64,000 nt of DNA from an uncultured Muribaculaceae bacterium (GCA_964425325.1 CAYRLX010000001.1:10791-74790); one strand, 5' to 3'. Counted from the first letter of the stretch, positions 35,417 to 45,220 are shown. Program-made: numbers and translations. Notes: generated from the sequence alone by a model not told the origin.

Positions 35417-36091
35417 ATGAAAATGAAAAAGAAATATTACATATTTGAAATGGATGCGAATGTATTAAATATTATGTCAGTGGTTCTTTTTGCTATATTA
35501 CTAATCATAAGTTTTTTGCTAGATAAAAATCTTTTAATAGATTCATTTAACATATCAAATTATTTTTTAACATTATTACTTATGCTTGGATATTTGTGTA
35601 CCCACGAAATACTTCATTCACTAGCTTACGTAATATATGGAGCAAAATATAAAAACATAACATATGGAGTAGCATTAGAAAAAGGAGTATTATACTGCCT
35701 TTGTAAACAAAATATATCTAAAAAAAATATCTTGCATTCTCTAATGTACCCATTATTTTTCATAGGAATAATCACATATATAATCGCATTTGTTTATAAA
35801 CTACCAACGCTTTTTTTACTATCTATTATGAATATAGGTGGAAGTATTGGAGATATAATAATGTTTATGTTCATATATAAGCTAAAAGATATTGAATTCT
35901 CAGAGTTCGATAGCGTATTAGGATTTGCCATTTATTCAGAAAAAGATTTAAGTAAATTAAAACCATTTGGGCTTAAATATATAGGCACAAAAGAAAAATT
36001 AAAAAGAGAAAATAAGAGAAAAGTTAATATAACATATCAAAGCTTAATAATATTAATTATATTAATAATTCTAAGCTTAATTATTAAATAA
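35417..36091 (+). CDS. polytopic membrane protein with HExxH (DUF3267-like putative zincin)
   Basis: Multiple TM helices and THEILHSLAY at the end of TM2. Ends 11 nt before cysS. Confidence 0.55.
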   Translation: MKMKKKYYIFEMDANVLNIMSVVLFAILLIISFLLDKNLLIDSFNISNYFLTLLLMLGYLCTHEILHSLAYVIYGAKYKNITYGVALEKGVLYCLCKQNISKKNILHSLMYPLFFIGIITYIIAFVYKLPTLFLLSIMNIGGSIGDIIMFMFIYKLKDIEFSEFDSVLGFAIYSEKDLSKLKPFGLKYIGTKEKLKRENKRKVNITYQSLIILIILIILSLIIK

Positions 36092-36102
36092 AGGAGAATA
36101 AT

Positions 36103-37497
36103 ATGAAATTATATAATACACTTACTAAAAAAATAGAAGAGTTTATCCCACATAGTAAAGATGAAGTAACTATGTATACATGTGGACCTACTGTATACTA
36201 CTATGCACATATTGGGAACCTAAGAACATATATATCAGAAGATATATTAGAAAAAGGATTAAAATATATTGGATATAATGTAAAAAGGGCTATGAATATA
36301 ACTGATGTAGGTCATTTAGTAGGAGATGGAGACACAGGAGAAGATAAACTGCAAAAAGCTGCAAAAAAAGAAAAAAAATCAGTCTTAGATATAGCAAAAT
36401 TCTATACAGATGCCTTCTTCGAAGACATGAAAAAATTAAATAATAGACTTCCTGATATAATCTCACCTGCAACAGACAACATAGATGAATATATAAAAAT
36501 GATAACTAAATTATTAGAAACAGAATATGCATATAAGTCAGGTGGAAATATTTATTTCAATACTGATAAATTTAAAGATTATTATAAACTATCAGGAAGA
36601 AGTAAAGAAGACTTATTTGAAGCCGTAAGAGAAGACGTAAGTAATGATAAAAACAAAAAAAATCCATTTGACTTTGGACTATGGTTTACAAATTCAAAAT
36701 TCAACGATCAAGAATTAAAATGGGACAGTCCCTTTGGAGTAGGATATCCAGGATGGCATATAGAGTGCTCCATGATAGCAATCTCAAAATTAGGAGAATA
36801 CTTAGACATACACTGCGGAGCAGAAGATGCAGTTTTCCCACATCACACAAACGAAATAGCTCAGTCAGAAAGTTATTTAGGACACAAATGGTGCTCTTAC
36901 TGGGTACACATGGCATTTCTAAATGATAAAAATGGAAAAATGAGTAAATCAAAAGGTGATTCAAAAGACTTAAGGTATTTAATAAAACTAGGATATAACC
37001 CTATAGTATATAGATTTTTCTGCTTAGGATCACATTATAGAAATCAACTTGCCTTCTCAGAAGAAGCTATGGATACTGCGACAAATTCATATAATAAGTT
37101 AAAAAGAAAAGTAAAATTTATTAAAAACAATGTAGAAGGGGAATTAGATAATAATAAAATAGAAGAGTATAGAAATAAATTTAAGGAAGCATTTGAAAAT
37201 GATATGAACACATCTACCATGTTAACAACACTCTATGACGTAATTAAAAGTGATTTAAACAATAAAACAAAACTATACCTAATAGAAGACTTTGACAAAG
37301 TATTATCACTAGACCTTACTAAAGAAGATGAAATAGATAAAGATTTATTAAATTATATAAATAAAAAAATAGAAGAAAGAGATAACGCTAAAAAAGAAAA
37401 AAACTATAAACTTGCCGATAGTATAAGAGATGAACTACTAGAAAAAAATATAATTATAAAAGACACTAGAGAAGGAACAACATTTGAAATAAAATGA
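36103..37497 (+). CDS. cysS: cysteine--tRNA ligase
   Basis: MYTCGPTVYYYAHIGNLRTY (HIGH-type motif), KMSKSKG (KMSKS), and the typical length. Confidence 0.95.
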   Translation: MKLYNTLTKKIEEFIPHSKDEVTMYTCGPTVYYYAHIGNLRTYISEDILEKGLKYIGYNVKRAMNITDVGHLVGDGDTGEDKLQKAAKKEKKSVLDIAKFYTDAFFEDMKKLNNRLPDIISPATDNIDEYIKMITKLLETEYAYKSGGNIYFNTDKFKDYYKLSGRSKEDLFEAVREDVSNDKNKKNPFDFGLWFTNSKFNDQELKWDSPFGVGYPGWHIECSMIAISKLGEYLDIHCGAEDAVFPHHTNEIAQSESYLGHKWCSYWVHMAFLNDKNGKMSKSKGDSKDLRYLIKLGYNPIVYRFFCLGSHYRNQLAFSEEAMDTATNSYNKLKRKVKFIKNNVEGELDNNKIEEYRNKFKEAFENDMNTSTMLTTLYDVIKSDLNNKTKLYLIEDFDKVLSLDLTKEDEIDKDLLNYINKKIEERDNAKKEKNYKLADSIRDELLEKNIIIKDTREGTTFEIK

Positions 37498-38330
37498 ATG
37501 AAATAATATTAGTAAATAAACCTAAAGGAATTACCAGTAGAGATGTAGTAAATAAAATATCTAAAATATTAAACACAAAAAAAGTTGGACATAATGGAAC
37601 CTTAGATCCACTTGCTACAGGAGTATTAGTAATAACAACAAATAAATATACAAAATTAAATAATCTTTTATCAAGTAGAGAAAAGGAATATATTGCTGAA
37701 GTTAAAATTGGTATAGAAACAGATACTTTAGATATTACTGGAAATATCATAGAAAAAAAAGAAGAACATTTAGATATTAATAAATTAAAAACAACCTTAA
37801 AAAAGTATAAAAAAACATATATGCAAGAAGTCCCAAAATATTCAGCAGTTAAAGTAAATGGAAAAAAATTATACGAATATGCAAGAGAAGGAATAGAAGT
37901 CACACTTCCAAAAAAAGAAGTTACAATAAAAGAAATAGAACTAATCTCTTATAAAGAAGATTCATTTATTTTCAAAACAACTGTAAGTAAGGGAACATAT
38001 ATAAGAAGCTTGATAAGAGATATTCTAAAAGATATGAACTTAATTGGAACAATGAATAATCTAACTAGAACAAAACAAGGAATATTCAATATAGAAAATT
38101 CTAATACTTTAGAAGATATAGAAAAAGGAAATTATAAATCATTAAAAATTAAAGATATATTAAATATTCCAGTAATTACTGTAGATGATAATTTGAAATT
38201 TAAAATTAAAAACGGAGTAAAATTAAAAGGAAAATACCCAGATGAAGTACTCTTCATAGATAAAGAAGGAAATGAACTAGCAATATATAAGAAAGAAAAA
38301 GATGAATTAAAAATAGAAATAATGCTTTAA
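37494..38330 (+). CDS. truB: tRNA pseudouridine(55) synthase
   Basis: KPKGITSRDVV...VGHNGTLDPLATGVLVI (catalytic Asp motif), with a PUA-like C-terminus. ATGA overlap with cysS. Confidence 0.9.
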   Translation: MNEIILVNKPKGITSRDVVNKISKILNTKKVGHNGTLDPLATGVLVITTNKYTKLNNLLSSREKEYIAEVKIGIETDTLDITGNIIEKKEEHLDINKLKTTLKKYKKTYMQEVPKYSAVKVNGKKLYEYAREGIEVTLPKKEVTIKEIELISYKEDSFIFKTTVSKGTYIRSLIRDILKDMNLIGTMNNLTRTKQGIFNIENSNTLEDIEKGNYKSLKIKDILNIPVITVDDNLKFKIKNGVKLKGKYPDEVLFIDKEGNELAIYKKEKDELKIEIML

Positions 38331-38358
38331 AACTTTAGAAAAAATCTAAAGTTTTTTT
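38331..38358 (+). terminator. Rho-independent terminator after truB
   Basis: AACTTTAGA / TCTAAAGTT stem followed by TTTTT. Confidence 0.7.
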
Positions 38359-38617
38359 AAAAGAAAAAGACATTTTATCAAGAATAATTAATAAGGAAGG
38401 GACTTATGAATAAAATAAACATTAAAAGAAAAAAATGGAAATAAGTCTTATATCAAATATAATAGGAATTACCAAAGAAGAAATTAAAAATTATAATATT
38501 TTCTTGCATTTTCCCCTATAATAGTGTATATTATTAATGTACTTATATCTTGGATTAAAAGAACTCCATCTTTTATTCTAGGATTTAAGCGAATATTAAG
38601 GAAAAGGAGGGATATAA

Positions 38618-38887
38618 ATGGCTTTATCTAAAGAAGAAAAAGCAAAATTAGTTAAAAAATTTGCTAAAAAAGAAGGCGACACTGGTTCAGCAGAAGTCCA
38701 AATAGCAATTTTAACTAAGGAAATAAGTGAACTTACAGAACACTTAAAAGAACATAAACACGATTTCCATTCAAGAAGAGGACTACTTAAAAAAGTAGGA
38801 CATAGAAGAAGCTTATTAAACTATTTAATGAAAAAAGATGTTACAAGATATCGTGAAATCGTTAAACAATTAGGATTAAGAAAATAG
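38618..38887 (+). CDS. rpsO: 30S ribosomal protein S15
   Basis: [33 protein letters not shown]...[17 protein letters not shown]. Confidence 0.95.
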   Translation: MALSKEEKAKLVKKFAKKEGDTGSAEVQIAILTKEISELTEHLKEHKHDFHSRRGLLKKVGHRRSLLNYLMKKDVTRYREIVKQLGLRK

Positions 38888-38890
38888 TAG

Positions 38891-38916
38891 ACACTCTTTT
38901 TAGAGTGTTTATTTTA
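38891..38916 (+). terminator. hairpin/attenuator between rpsO and pnp
   Basis: ACACTC / GAGTGT stem followed by a T-rich tract. Confidence 0.55.
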
Positions 38917-38928
38917 TGGGAGGTAAAA

Positions 38929-41109
38929 ATGAAAAAAACATTCGAAACAATATTTAGAGGAAGAAAATTAATAGTAGAAGTAGGAGAAGTAGCTAAACAG
39001 GCTGATGGCGCAGTACTAGTAAGGTATGGTGATACTGTTGTATTATCAACTGCCGTAGTATCTAAAACAGCTAATCTACTTTCCGATTTCTTTCCACTAA
39101 TGGTTTTATATCAAGAAAAATTATATTCAGTAGGAAAAATACCTGGTGGATTTATAAAAAGAGAAGGAAGGCCTTCAGAAGCTGCAACACTTGCTGCAAG
39201 AATGATTGATAGGCCTATGAGACCACTATTTCCAGAAGATTTTAAAAATGAAGTCCAAATAGTAAATACAATTCTCTCAGTAGATCCAGATAATTCTCCA
39301 GAAATTACCGCACTATTTGCTTCGTCTTTAGCAACTTCAATTAGTAAAATACCTTTTAACGGTCCAATCGCAGGAGTTAAAGTAGGCAGGGTTGATGGTA
39401 AACTTGTAATAAATCCAACCACAGAAGAGTCAGAAAAATCAGATATAGACCTAACAGTCGCAGGTACAATAGATGCGATTAATATGGTAGAATCATCAGC
39501 AAAAGAAGTAAATGAAAATGACATGTTAGAAGCTCTAATGTTTGGTCATGATGCTGTAAAAGAATTAATTGAATTCGAAAACAAGATAATATCTGAAATT
39601 GGCGAAGAAAAAATGGAATATGAAAAATTAGATATTCCAGATGAATTAAAAAAAGAAGTAAAAGAGCAAATCGAAAAAGATATAGATAGTGCTCTTAGAA
39701 TAAAAGACAAACTAGAAAAATACTCACGTTTAGATGAAATTAAAGAAAACCTATTAGAAAAATACGAAAAAGAAAATGAAAATTTAAAAGATATAGAACT
39801 AAAAGAATTACTTACTAAAATAACGCTAATATATAATGAAGTAGAATACTCATTATTTAGGAATATTATTACTAACGAAAAAATTAGACCAGATGGAAGA
39901 AAAATGGACGAAATAAGACCACTTTCAGCATCTATCGACTTTCTTCCAAGAACACATGGTTCAGCCTTATTTACAAGGGGAGAAACCCAAAGTTTATCAG
40001 TTACAACCTTAGGAGCCCTTGGAGAACATCAAATATTAGATGGACTAGGTTTAGAAGATTCAAAAAGATTCATGCTTCACTATAATTTTCCTCAATTCTC
40101 AGTAGGAGAAACTGGAAGATATGGAGCACCAGGAAGAAGAGAAATAGGTCATGGAGCTTTAGGAGAAAAAGCACTTTTACAAGTTATTCCTGATGAAGAA
40201 GAATTCCCATATACTATAAGAGTAGTATCAGAAATATTAGAAAGTAATGGTTCATCATCACAAGCAAGTATCTGTGCAGGATGTATGAGTTTAATGGCTG
40301 CCGGAGTTCCTATCAAAGCACCAGTAGCCGGAATAGCTATGGGACTAATATCAAATGAAGAAAATTATACAATTCTAACTGATATTCAAGGAATGGAAGA
40401 TCATTTAGGTGACATGGATTTTAAAGTAGCTGGAACTAAAGATGGAATTTGTGCACTTCAAATGGATATCAAAATAAAAGGTATTACAAAACAAATATTA
40501 AAAGAAGCATTAGATCAAGCAAAAAAAGCAAGATTGCAGGTTTTAGATGTAATAACAGGAGCAATTAAAGAGCCACGTAAAGAAGTAAGTAAGTATGCAC
40601 CAAAAGTAGTTACATTTATGATCGACCCAGAAAAAATTAAAGATGTTATTGGAAAAGGTGGAGACATGATTACTAAGATTATCTTAGAGTCAAGCCACGT
40701 AAATAGCGTAAACGATATAAATGCTGTAAAAGTAGATTTAGAAGACGATGGAAGGGTAGTAATATACCATACAGATAAAGATATTATAGCTGAAACCGAA
40801 AGAAGAATTAAAGACGTCGTAAGAGAAGTAGAAGACGGAAAAATATATAACGGAAAAGTAGTTAAAGTAGAAGACTTCGGATGTTTTGTAGAACTTTGGC
40901 CAGGATGTGAAGGTTTAGTACATGTATCACAGTTAGATACAAAGAGAGTAGAAAAACCAAGTGACATTGTTAAAGTAGGAGACGAAATAATAGTTAAATC
41001 ACTAGGATACGATAATAGAGGAAGATTAAATCTATCTAGAAAAAAAGCTATCGCACCAGAGAAGAAAGAAACAAAAATAAAAGAAGAAAAAGAAGAAAAA
41101 TCAGAGTAA
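38929..41109 (+). CDS. pnp: polyribonucleotide nucleotidyltransferase (PNPase)
   Basis: Two RNase PH domains (for example FREGRPSE... and [21 protein letters not shown]) plus KH and S1 domains. Start placed at ATG 38929, after GGGAGG. Confidence 0.95.
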   Translation: MKKTFETIFRGRKLIVEVGEVAKQADGAVLVRYGDTVVLSTAVVSKTANLLSDFFPLMVLYQEKLYSVGKIPGGFIKREGRPSEAATLAARMIDRPMRPLFPEDFKNEVQIVNTILSVDPDNSPEITALFASSLATSISKIPFNGPIAGVKVGRVDGKLVINPTTEESEKSDIDLTVAGTIDAINMVESSAKEVNENDMLEALMFGHDAVKELIEFENKIISEIGEEKMEYEKLDIPDELKKEVKEQIEKDIDSALRIKDKLEKYSRLDEIKENLLEKYEKENENLKDIELKELLTKITLIYNEVEYSLFRNIITNEKIRPDGRKMDEIRPLSASIDFLPRTHGSALFTRGETQSLSVTTLGALGEHQILDGLGLEDSKRFMLHYNFPQFSVGETGRYGAPGRREIGHGALGEKALLQVIPDEEEFPYTIRVVSEILESNGSSSQASICAGCMSLMAAGVPIKAPVAGIAMGLISNEENYTILTDIQGMEDHLGDMDFKVAGTKDGICALQMDIKIKGITKQILKEALDQAKKARLQVLDVITGAIKEPRKEVSKYAPKVVTFMIDPEKIKDVIGKGGDMITKIILESSHVNSVNDINAVKVDLEDDGRVVIYHTDKDIIAETERRIKDVVREVEDGKIYNGKVVKVEDFGCFVELWPGCEGLVHVSQLDTKRVEKPSDIVKVGDEIIVKSLGYDNRGRLNLSRKKAIAPEKKETKIKEEKEEKSE

Positions 41110-41143
41110 ATCTCTGATTTTCTTAACTGAAAGGAGTAAGAAA

Positions 41144-41356
41144 ATGAAAACTAATAAAAAATTACTTATAAGAGCAAAAAATTTAACCATGCAGGCTGAA
41201 ACACCTGAACAATTATATAATCTATCAATATTTACAAATGAATATATAGATAAGCCTACAAAAAATAATAAAGAAGTGTTAGAGATATACTGTGACTTGA
41301 TAGAAAGTATGATTGAATTAGATTTATTAGAAGAAAAAAACAAAAAAATACGTTAA
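41144..41356 (+). CDS. hypothetical small protein (70 aa)
   Basis: RBS AAAGGAG upstream. No motif. Confidence 0.45.
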   Translation: MKTNKKLLIRAKNLTMQAETPEQLYNLSIFTNEYIDKPTKNNKEVLEIYCDLIESMIELDLLEEKNKKIR

Positions 41357-41424
41357 ATAATGACAACCCCCTCTTTCACTTTAAAATTAATAATGATATA
41401 ATTAAAATAATGGAGAGGGTATAA

Positions 41425-43623
41425 ATGGCAAAGAGAAAAAGAAGAAAATCATCTAAAAAAACAGTATCATATAGTATAGAATTAAAAGGAATACTATTAT
41501 TATTAATAGCGATAGTTGGATGCTGTCCATTTGGAATAGCTGCAGATATCATTAAAGGATTTGCAGCCTTTTTAGCAGGCGGATGGTATATAGTTCCACT
41601 AATCGGTTTAGGAGCAGCTGGACTATATATGATAGTAAAAAGAGAAGATCCAGATTATTTGACATCACATTTAATTGGTCTATACTGTTTAATGCTTGGA
41701 ATATTAGTCTTATCCCATACAGAATATATAAATAGTTTTGTAGGAAAAGGCGTAGAAGCAGGAAAAATATTTAATGAAACTATAAACAATATTATGGGAT
41801 TTGTAAAACATACAGGAGAAATAGAAGGCGGCGGAATAATAGGCGCAATATTTTCAGTAATAGGCTATAAACTATTAACATTAGAAGGAACAAAAGTAGT
41901 ATGTGCATTTTTAATAGTATGTGGTCTTATTATGTTTACTGGAGTATCTATTTATGACGCTATAAATACATTAAAAGAAAAATTTAGAACTATAAAAGAA
42001 ACTAAAAATGAAGTAAATGTTAGAAAAGCAGTTAAAGAAGCTGAAGAAGAATACGAAGAAGAAGAGCACAAAAAAGTAATCATTTCTTCTATAGATGAAC
42101 TAGCAACTATAGAGCCTAAGGAAGAAAAAGAAGAAGTAGAAGAAAAGAAAGCACCAAGTATGAATACAAAAGAGTATAGGAAGCCACCTATGAGTTTATT
42201 AAATGCACCTAAGATTAATAAAGAGGCTATTAAAGCTAATCAAGAATCAATTAAAGAAAATGTAAAAGCTATAGAAAAAGTAACAAAAGACTTTGGAGTA
42301 GACGTAAAAGTAGTTGCAGCAAATATCGGCCCATCAGTTACCCAGTATGAACTAGAAGTAAAATCAGGTACTAGACTTTCAAAAATAACAGCCTTAAATA
42401 AAGAAATAGCTTTAGATTTGGGAGCAAAAGATGTCAGAATACAAGCTCCAATCCCAGGCAAAAAAACAGTAGGAATAGAACTGCCTAATAAAACAACAAC
42501 CCCAGTTGCCGTAAGAGAAATACTAAGTGCTTTTAAAAATAAAGAAGATAGTAAATTACTCGCAGCTTTAGGAAAATCTATTATGGGTGAACCTGTGTGC
42601 TGTGAAATTGATAAAACTCCGCACCTTTTAGTAGCTGGATCTACTGGATCAGGTAAATCAGTATGTATCAATAGTATGATTACATCTCTCTTAATGAGAA
42701 CAAAACCAGATGAAGTTAAATTAGTTTTAGTAGACCCTAAAAAAGTAGAACTTTCTATGTATAATGGAGTTCCTCATTTACTAACCCCAGTTGTAACAGA
42801 CCCTAAAAAAGCAAATATCGTACTTCAAAAAATAGTAAAGATGATGGAAGACAGATACGATTTATTTGAAAATAGTAAAACTAAAAATATAGCTGGATAC
42901 AACGCATACGTAGACAAGAAAAACGAAACTTTAGAAGAAGATGAAAAAATAGATAGACTACCATATATAGTAGTTATCATCGATGAGCTTGCCGATTTAA
43001 TGTTAGTTGCCGCAAAAGAAGTAGAAGACTCAATCATGAGAATAACTCAAATGGCAAGAGCTGCTGGAATACATTTAATAGTAGCAACTCAAAGACCATC
43101 TACAGATGTTATTACAGGAGTTGTTAAAGCAAATATTCCATCTAGAATTTCATTTGCCGTATCAAGTAGTATCGATTCAAGAACGATACTTGATATGTCA
43201 GGAGCTGAAAAGCTATTAGGTAAAGGAGACATGCTTTTCTTACCGCAAGGAGAAAACGTTCCAGTCAGAGTACAAGGAACATTTATATCAGATGATGAAA
43301 TAAAAGCAGTTGTCGATTACACTATTTCTCAGCAAAAAGCCATGTATGATAATTCGCTCACCCTATCAGAAGAAGATAAGGGAGCAACCACTATGGTTGA
43401 AAATGATGATGATTATGAAGAACCACTTTATAATGAAATAAGAGAATTTGTAATAACCCAAGGAAAAGCTAGTGCATCACTTCTTCAAAGAAGATTTAGA
43501 CTCGGATATAATAGAGCTGCAAGATGTATAGATCTTTTAGAAGAAAGAGGAATAGTAGGACCTCCAAATGGTTCAAAACCAAGAGAAGTACTTGTAAAAT
43601 TAGAAAAGAAGGAAGACGAATAA
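41425..43623 (+). CDS. ftsK: DNA translocase FtsK/SpoIIIE
   Basis: N-terminal TM helices, a linker, a motor domain with Walker A GSTGSGKS and the DELADL box, and a C-terminal gamma (winged-helix) domain ASASLLQRRFRLGYNRAARCIDLLEERGIVG. Confidence 0.9.
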   Translation: MAKRKRRKSSKKTVSYSIELKGILLLLIAIVGCCPFGIAADIIKGFAAFLAGGWYIVPLIGLGAAGLYMIVKREDPDYLTSHLIGLYCLMLGILVLSHTEYINSFVGKGVEAGKIFNETINNIMGFVKHTGEIEGGGIIGAIFSVIGYKLLTLEGTKVVCAFLIVCGLIMFTGVSIYDAINTLKEKFRTIKETKNEVNVRKAVKEAEEEYEEEEHKKVIISSIDELATIEPKEEKEEVEEKKAPSMNTKEYRKPPMSLLNAPKINKEAIKANQESIKENVKAIEKVTKDFGVDVKVVAANIGPSVTQYELEVKSGTRLSKITALNKEIALDLGAKDVRIQAPIPGKKTVGIELPNKTTTPVAVREILSAFKNKEDSKLLAALGKSIMGEPVCCEIDKTPHLLVAGSTGSGKSVCINSMITSLLMRTKPDEVKLVLVDPKKVELSMYNGVPHLLTPVVTDPKKANIVLQKIVKMMEDRYDLFENSKTKNIAGYNAYVDKKNETLEEDEKIDRLPYIVVIIDELADLMLVAAKEVEDSIMRITQMARAAGIHLIVATQRPSTDVITGVVKANIPSRISFAVSSSIDSRTILDMSGAEKLLGKGDMLFLPQGENVPVRVQGTFISDDEIKAVVDYTISQQKAMYDNSLTLSEEDKGATTMVENDDDYEEPLYNEIREFVITQGKASASLLQRRFRLGYNRAARCIDLLEERGIVGPPNGSKPREVLVKLEKKEDE

Positions 43624-43634
43624 GTCTTCCTTTT
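43611..43634 (+). terminator. Rho-independent terminator after ftsK
   Basis: GGAAGAC / GTCTTCC stem followed by TTTT, spanning the stop codon. Confidence 0.65.
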
Positions 43635-43652
43635 AAAATATAATTCTACTTT

Positions 43653-43659
43653 TGTCGAA
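43653..43659 (+). promoter_or_regulatory. candidate Spo0A box (TGTCGAA) upstream of the spoIIAA-like gene
   Basis: Exact match to the 0A-box core TGNCGAA, about 50 nt upstream of ATG 43709. The motif is short and could occur by chance. Confidence 0.25.
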
Positions 43660-43708
43660 ACTATATAAAAATAAAATATAAACAATTAAAATTATAAATG
43701 GTGATAAA

Positions 43709-44020
43709 ATGTTAGATATAGACATCCATTCAAAATATGGGATTCTTTTCGTAAGACTGTTTGGGAAATTAAATAAACAAACAAGAAGTAAAATGAATAA
43801 AGAAGTAATAAAACTACTAGGAGAAGTAGGAATAAAAAACGTAGTAATAAACATACAAAATATAAAAGAACTAGATGAAATAGGAAAAAAAGAATTAGAA
43901 AAATGCTTTAAAATAACAGATAAATGTCTACTTTGTATAAACCAAAATCAAACTAATATAATAGATAAAATGAAATATATTATAGAAGAAAAAGAAGCAC
44001 TAAACTACATCAAAATATGA
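43709..44020 (+). CDS. spoIIAA: STAS-domain anti-anti-sigma factor (SpoIIAA-like) lacking the phosphorylatable Ser
   Basis: Collinear with B. subtilis SpoIIAA (IDIHSKYGILFVRLFGKLN... versus IDMNVKESVLCIRLTGELD...). The LSFMDSSGLG segment aligns with IKELDEIGKK, so Ser58 is replaced by Glu57 (codon GAA 43877-43879). Confidence 0.65.
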   Translation: MLDIDIHSKYGILFVRLFGKLNKQTRSKMNKEVIKLLGEVGIKNVVINIQNIKELDEIGKKELEKCFKITDKCLLCINQNQTNIIDKMKYIIEEKEALNYIKI

Positions 44021-44030
44021 AGGAGGAAAA

Positions 44031-44672
44031 GTGGAAGAAATAACAAAAATACTAGTAGAAAATGAAAACCTAATATATTCTATAGCAAGTAAGTTTACTA
44101 AATATAAAGATAAAGAAGATCTATTTCAAGCTGGGTGTATTGGAATGATGGAAGCATATAAAAATTTTGATAAAACAAAAGGGACAAAGTTTACAACATA
44201 TGCATATCCTTATATATTTGGAGAAATAAATAAATATGTAAGAGAAGATCATACAATTAAATTAAGTAAGGATATGCAAAAACTAAAAAGTAAAATAGAA
44301 AAAGCAAGAAACATTTTATCTCAAAAACTAATGCATACACCAAGTGTAAAAGAATTAAGTGATTATTTAGAAATAGATGAACATACAATATCCAGTCTAT
44401 TAAATTATAATGATCCCTACAGTATAGATAAGGAAATAGATGAAACATCCATGCATGAAGTAATTCCAGATAAAATAGTAGACTACGATACTTTAATAGC
44501 TTTAAAAACAGAAATTGAATATTTAGAAGAGCCAGAAAGAACAATAATGATTGAAAGATATTATAATGATATAACTCAAACAGAGCTTTCTAAAAGATTA
44601 GGTCTATCACAAGTAGATATTTCGAGAAGAGAAAAAAAAGTACTTACAAAATTAAAGAAAACATTTATTTGA
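44031..44672 (+). CDS. sigF: sporulation-type group-3 sigma factor (SigF-like)
   Basis: GTG start after AAGGAGG. Region 2 DLFQAGCIGMMEAYKNFD...FTTYAYPYIFGEI, region 4 TQTELSKRLGLSQVDISRREKKVL. Synteny: STAS gene upstream, spoVA genes downstream. Confidence 0.7.
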   Translation: MEEITKILVENENLIYSIASKFTKYKDKEDLFQAGCIGMMEAYKNFDKTKGTKFTTYAYPYIFGEINKYVREDHTIKLSKDMQKLKSKIEKARNILSQKLMHTPSVKELSDYLEIDEHTISSLLNYNDPYSIDKEIDETSMHEVIPDKIVDYDTLIALKTEIEYLEEPERTIMIERYYNDITQTELSKRLGLSQVDISRREKKVLTKLKKTFI

Positions 44673-44712
44673 CAACAAATTATCATTAAACTATAATTAT
44701 AGTGGTGATAAT

Positions 44713-45102
44713 ATGAAAGATAAAGGTTATACATTAGTTGAATTACTTGCAGTACTTGTAATACTTGGAGTAATAATAATGATATCAGTTCCAGCAATTA
44801 CAGGAGTTATTAACTCTTCTAAAGAAAAATCATATGATGAACAAGTAAAAATACTAGAAAATGCAGCAAGAACATATATGTCTGAAAATTCAACTCTACT
44901 TCCAGATGAAGGATCACCATTTAATGTAACTATAGATATTTTAAAAGAAAACGGATTGATATCAGATGAAGAAATTAAAAATCCAAACTTTGTTAGCGGA
45001 AGCACAGAAGATAAAAAGAAGAATCAATATTTTGAAGGATGTATAATAGTCACCAACACAAATAATAAATTTACATATATTTATCAAGATGAATGCAATT
45101 AG
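44713..45102 (+). CDS. type IV pilin/pseudopilin-like protein (prepilin N-terminal methylation motif)
   Basis: MKDKGYTLVELLAVLVILGVIIMISVP carries the G/(F,Y)TLxE class III signal. Confidence 0.75.
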   Translation: MKDKGYTLVELLAVLVILGVIIMISVPAITGVINSSKEKSYDEQVKILENAARTYMSENSTLLPDEGSPFNVTIDILKENGLISDEEIKNPNFVSGSTEDKKKNQYFEGCIIVTNTNNKFTYIYQDECN

Positions 45103-45132
45103 TAATACATTACAAAATAGTTAGTTAAATAT

Positions 45133-45173
45133 AAACCGATAAATAATCATAAAAGATATTTATCGGTTTTTTT
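45133..45173 (+). terminator. Rho-independent terminator after the pilin-like gene
   Basis: 13-bp stem AAACCGATAAATA / TATTTATCGGTTT followed by a T-run. Confidence 0.75.
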
Positions 45174-45203
45174 GAATAAAAAATTAAAACTAAATTCATA
45201 ATA
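45173..45203 (+). promoter_or_regulatory. forespore sigma-G/sigma-F type promoter for spoVAC-AD-AE
   Basis: TGAATA (45173-45178), 18-nt spacer, CATAATA (45197-45203). This matches the B. subtilis sigma-G consensus GHATR-18-CATxxTA. The spoVA operon is sigma-G dependent in Bacillus. Confidence 0.5.
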
Positions 45204-45220
45204 ATAGTAGGAGGAATAAC

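Noticed and set aside
38359-38617. Possible remnant of ribF or another gene, or a structured rpsO leader, between truB and rpsO. It includes a tiny ORF (MNKINIKRKKWK) and a following protein-like frame.
   Set aside because: The frames are too short and have no recognisable similarity. I found no convincing promoter (the TTGCAT/TATAAT pair has only a 7-nt spacer) or conserved RNA motif.
41372-41418. CCCTCT...AGAGGG long-range pairing in the ftsK leader as another anti-SD element of the promoter-module family.
   Set aside because: The loop is about 35 nt and there is no AATTTGACAA promoter upstream. This may be a coincidental complement of the SD, so it is not counted as a family member.
43653-43659. 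Spo0A box as a firm regulatory call.
   Set aside because: A 7-mer of this composition is expected to occur by chance several times in 64 kb. It is kept only as a low-confidence feature because of its position upstream of the spoIIAA-like gene.
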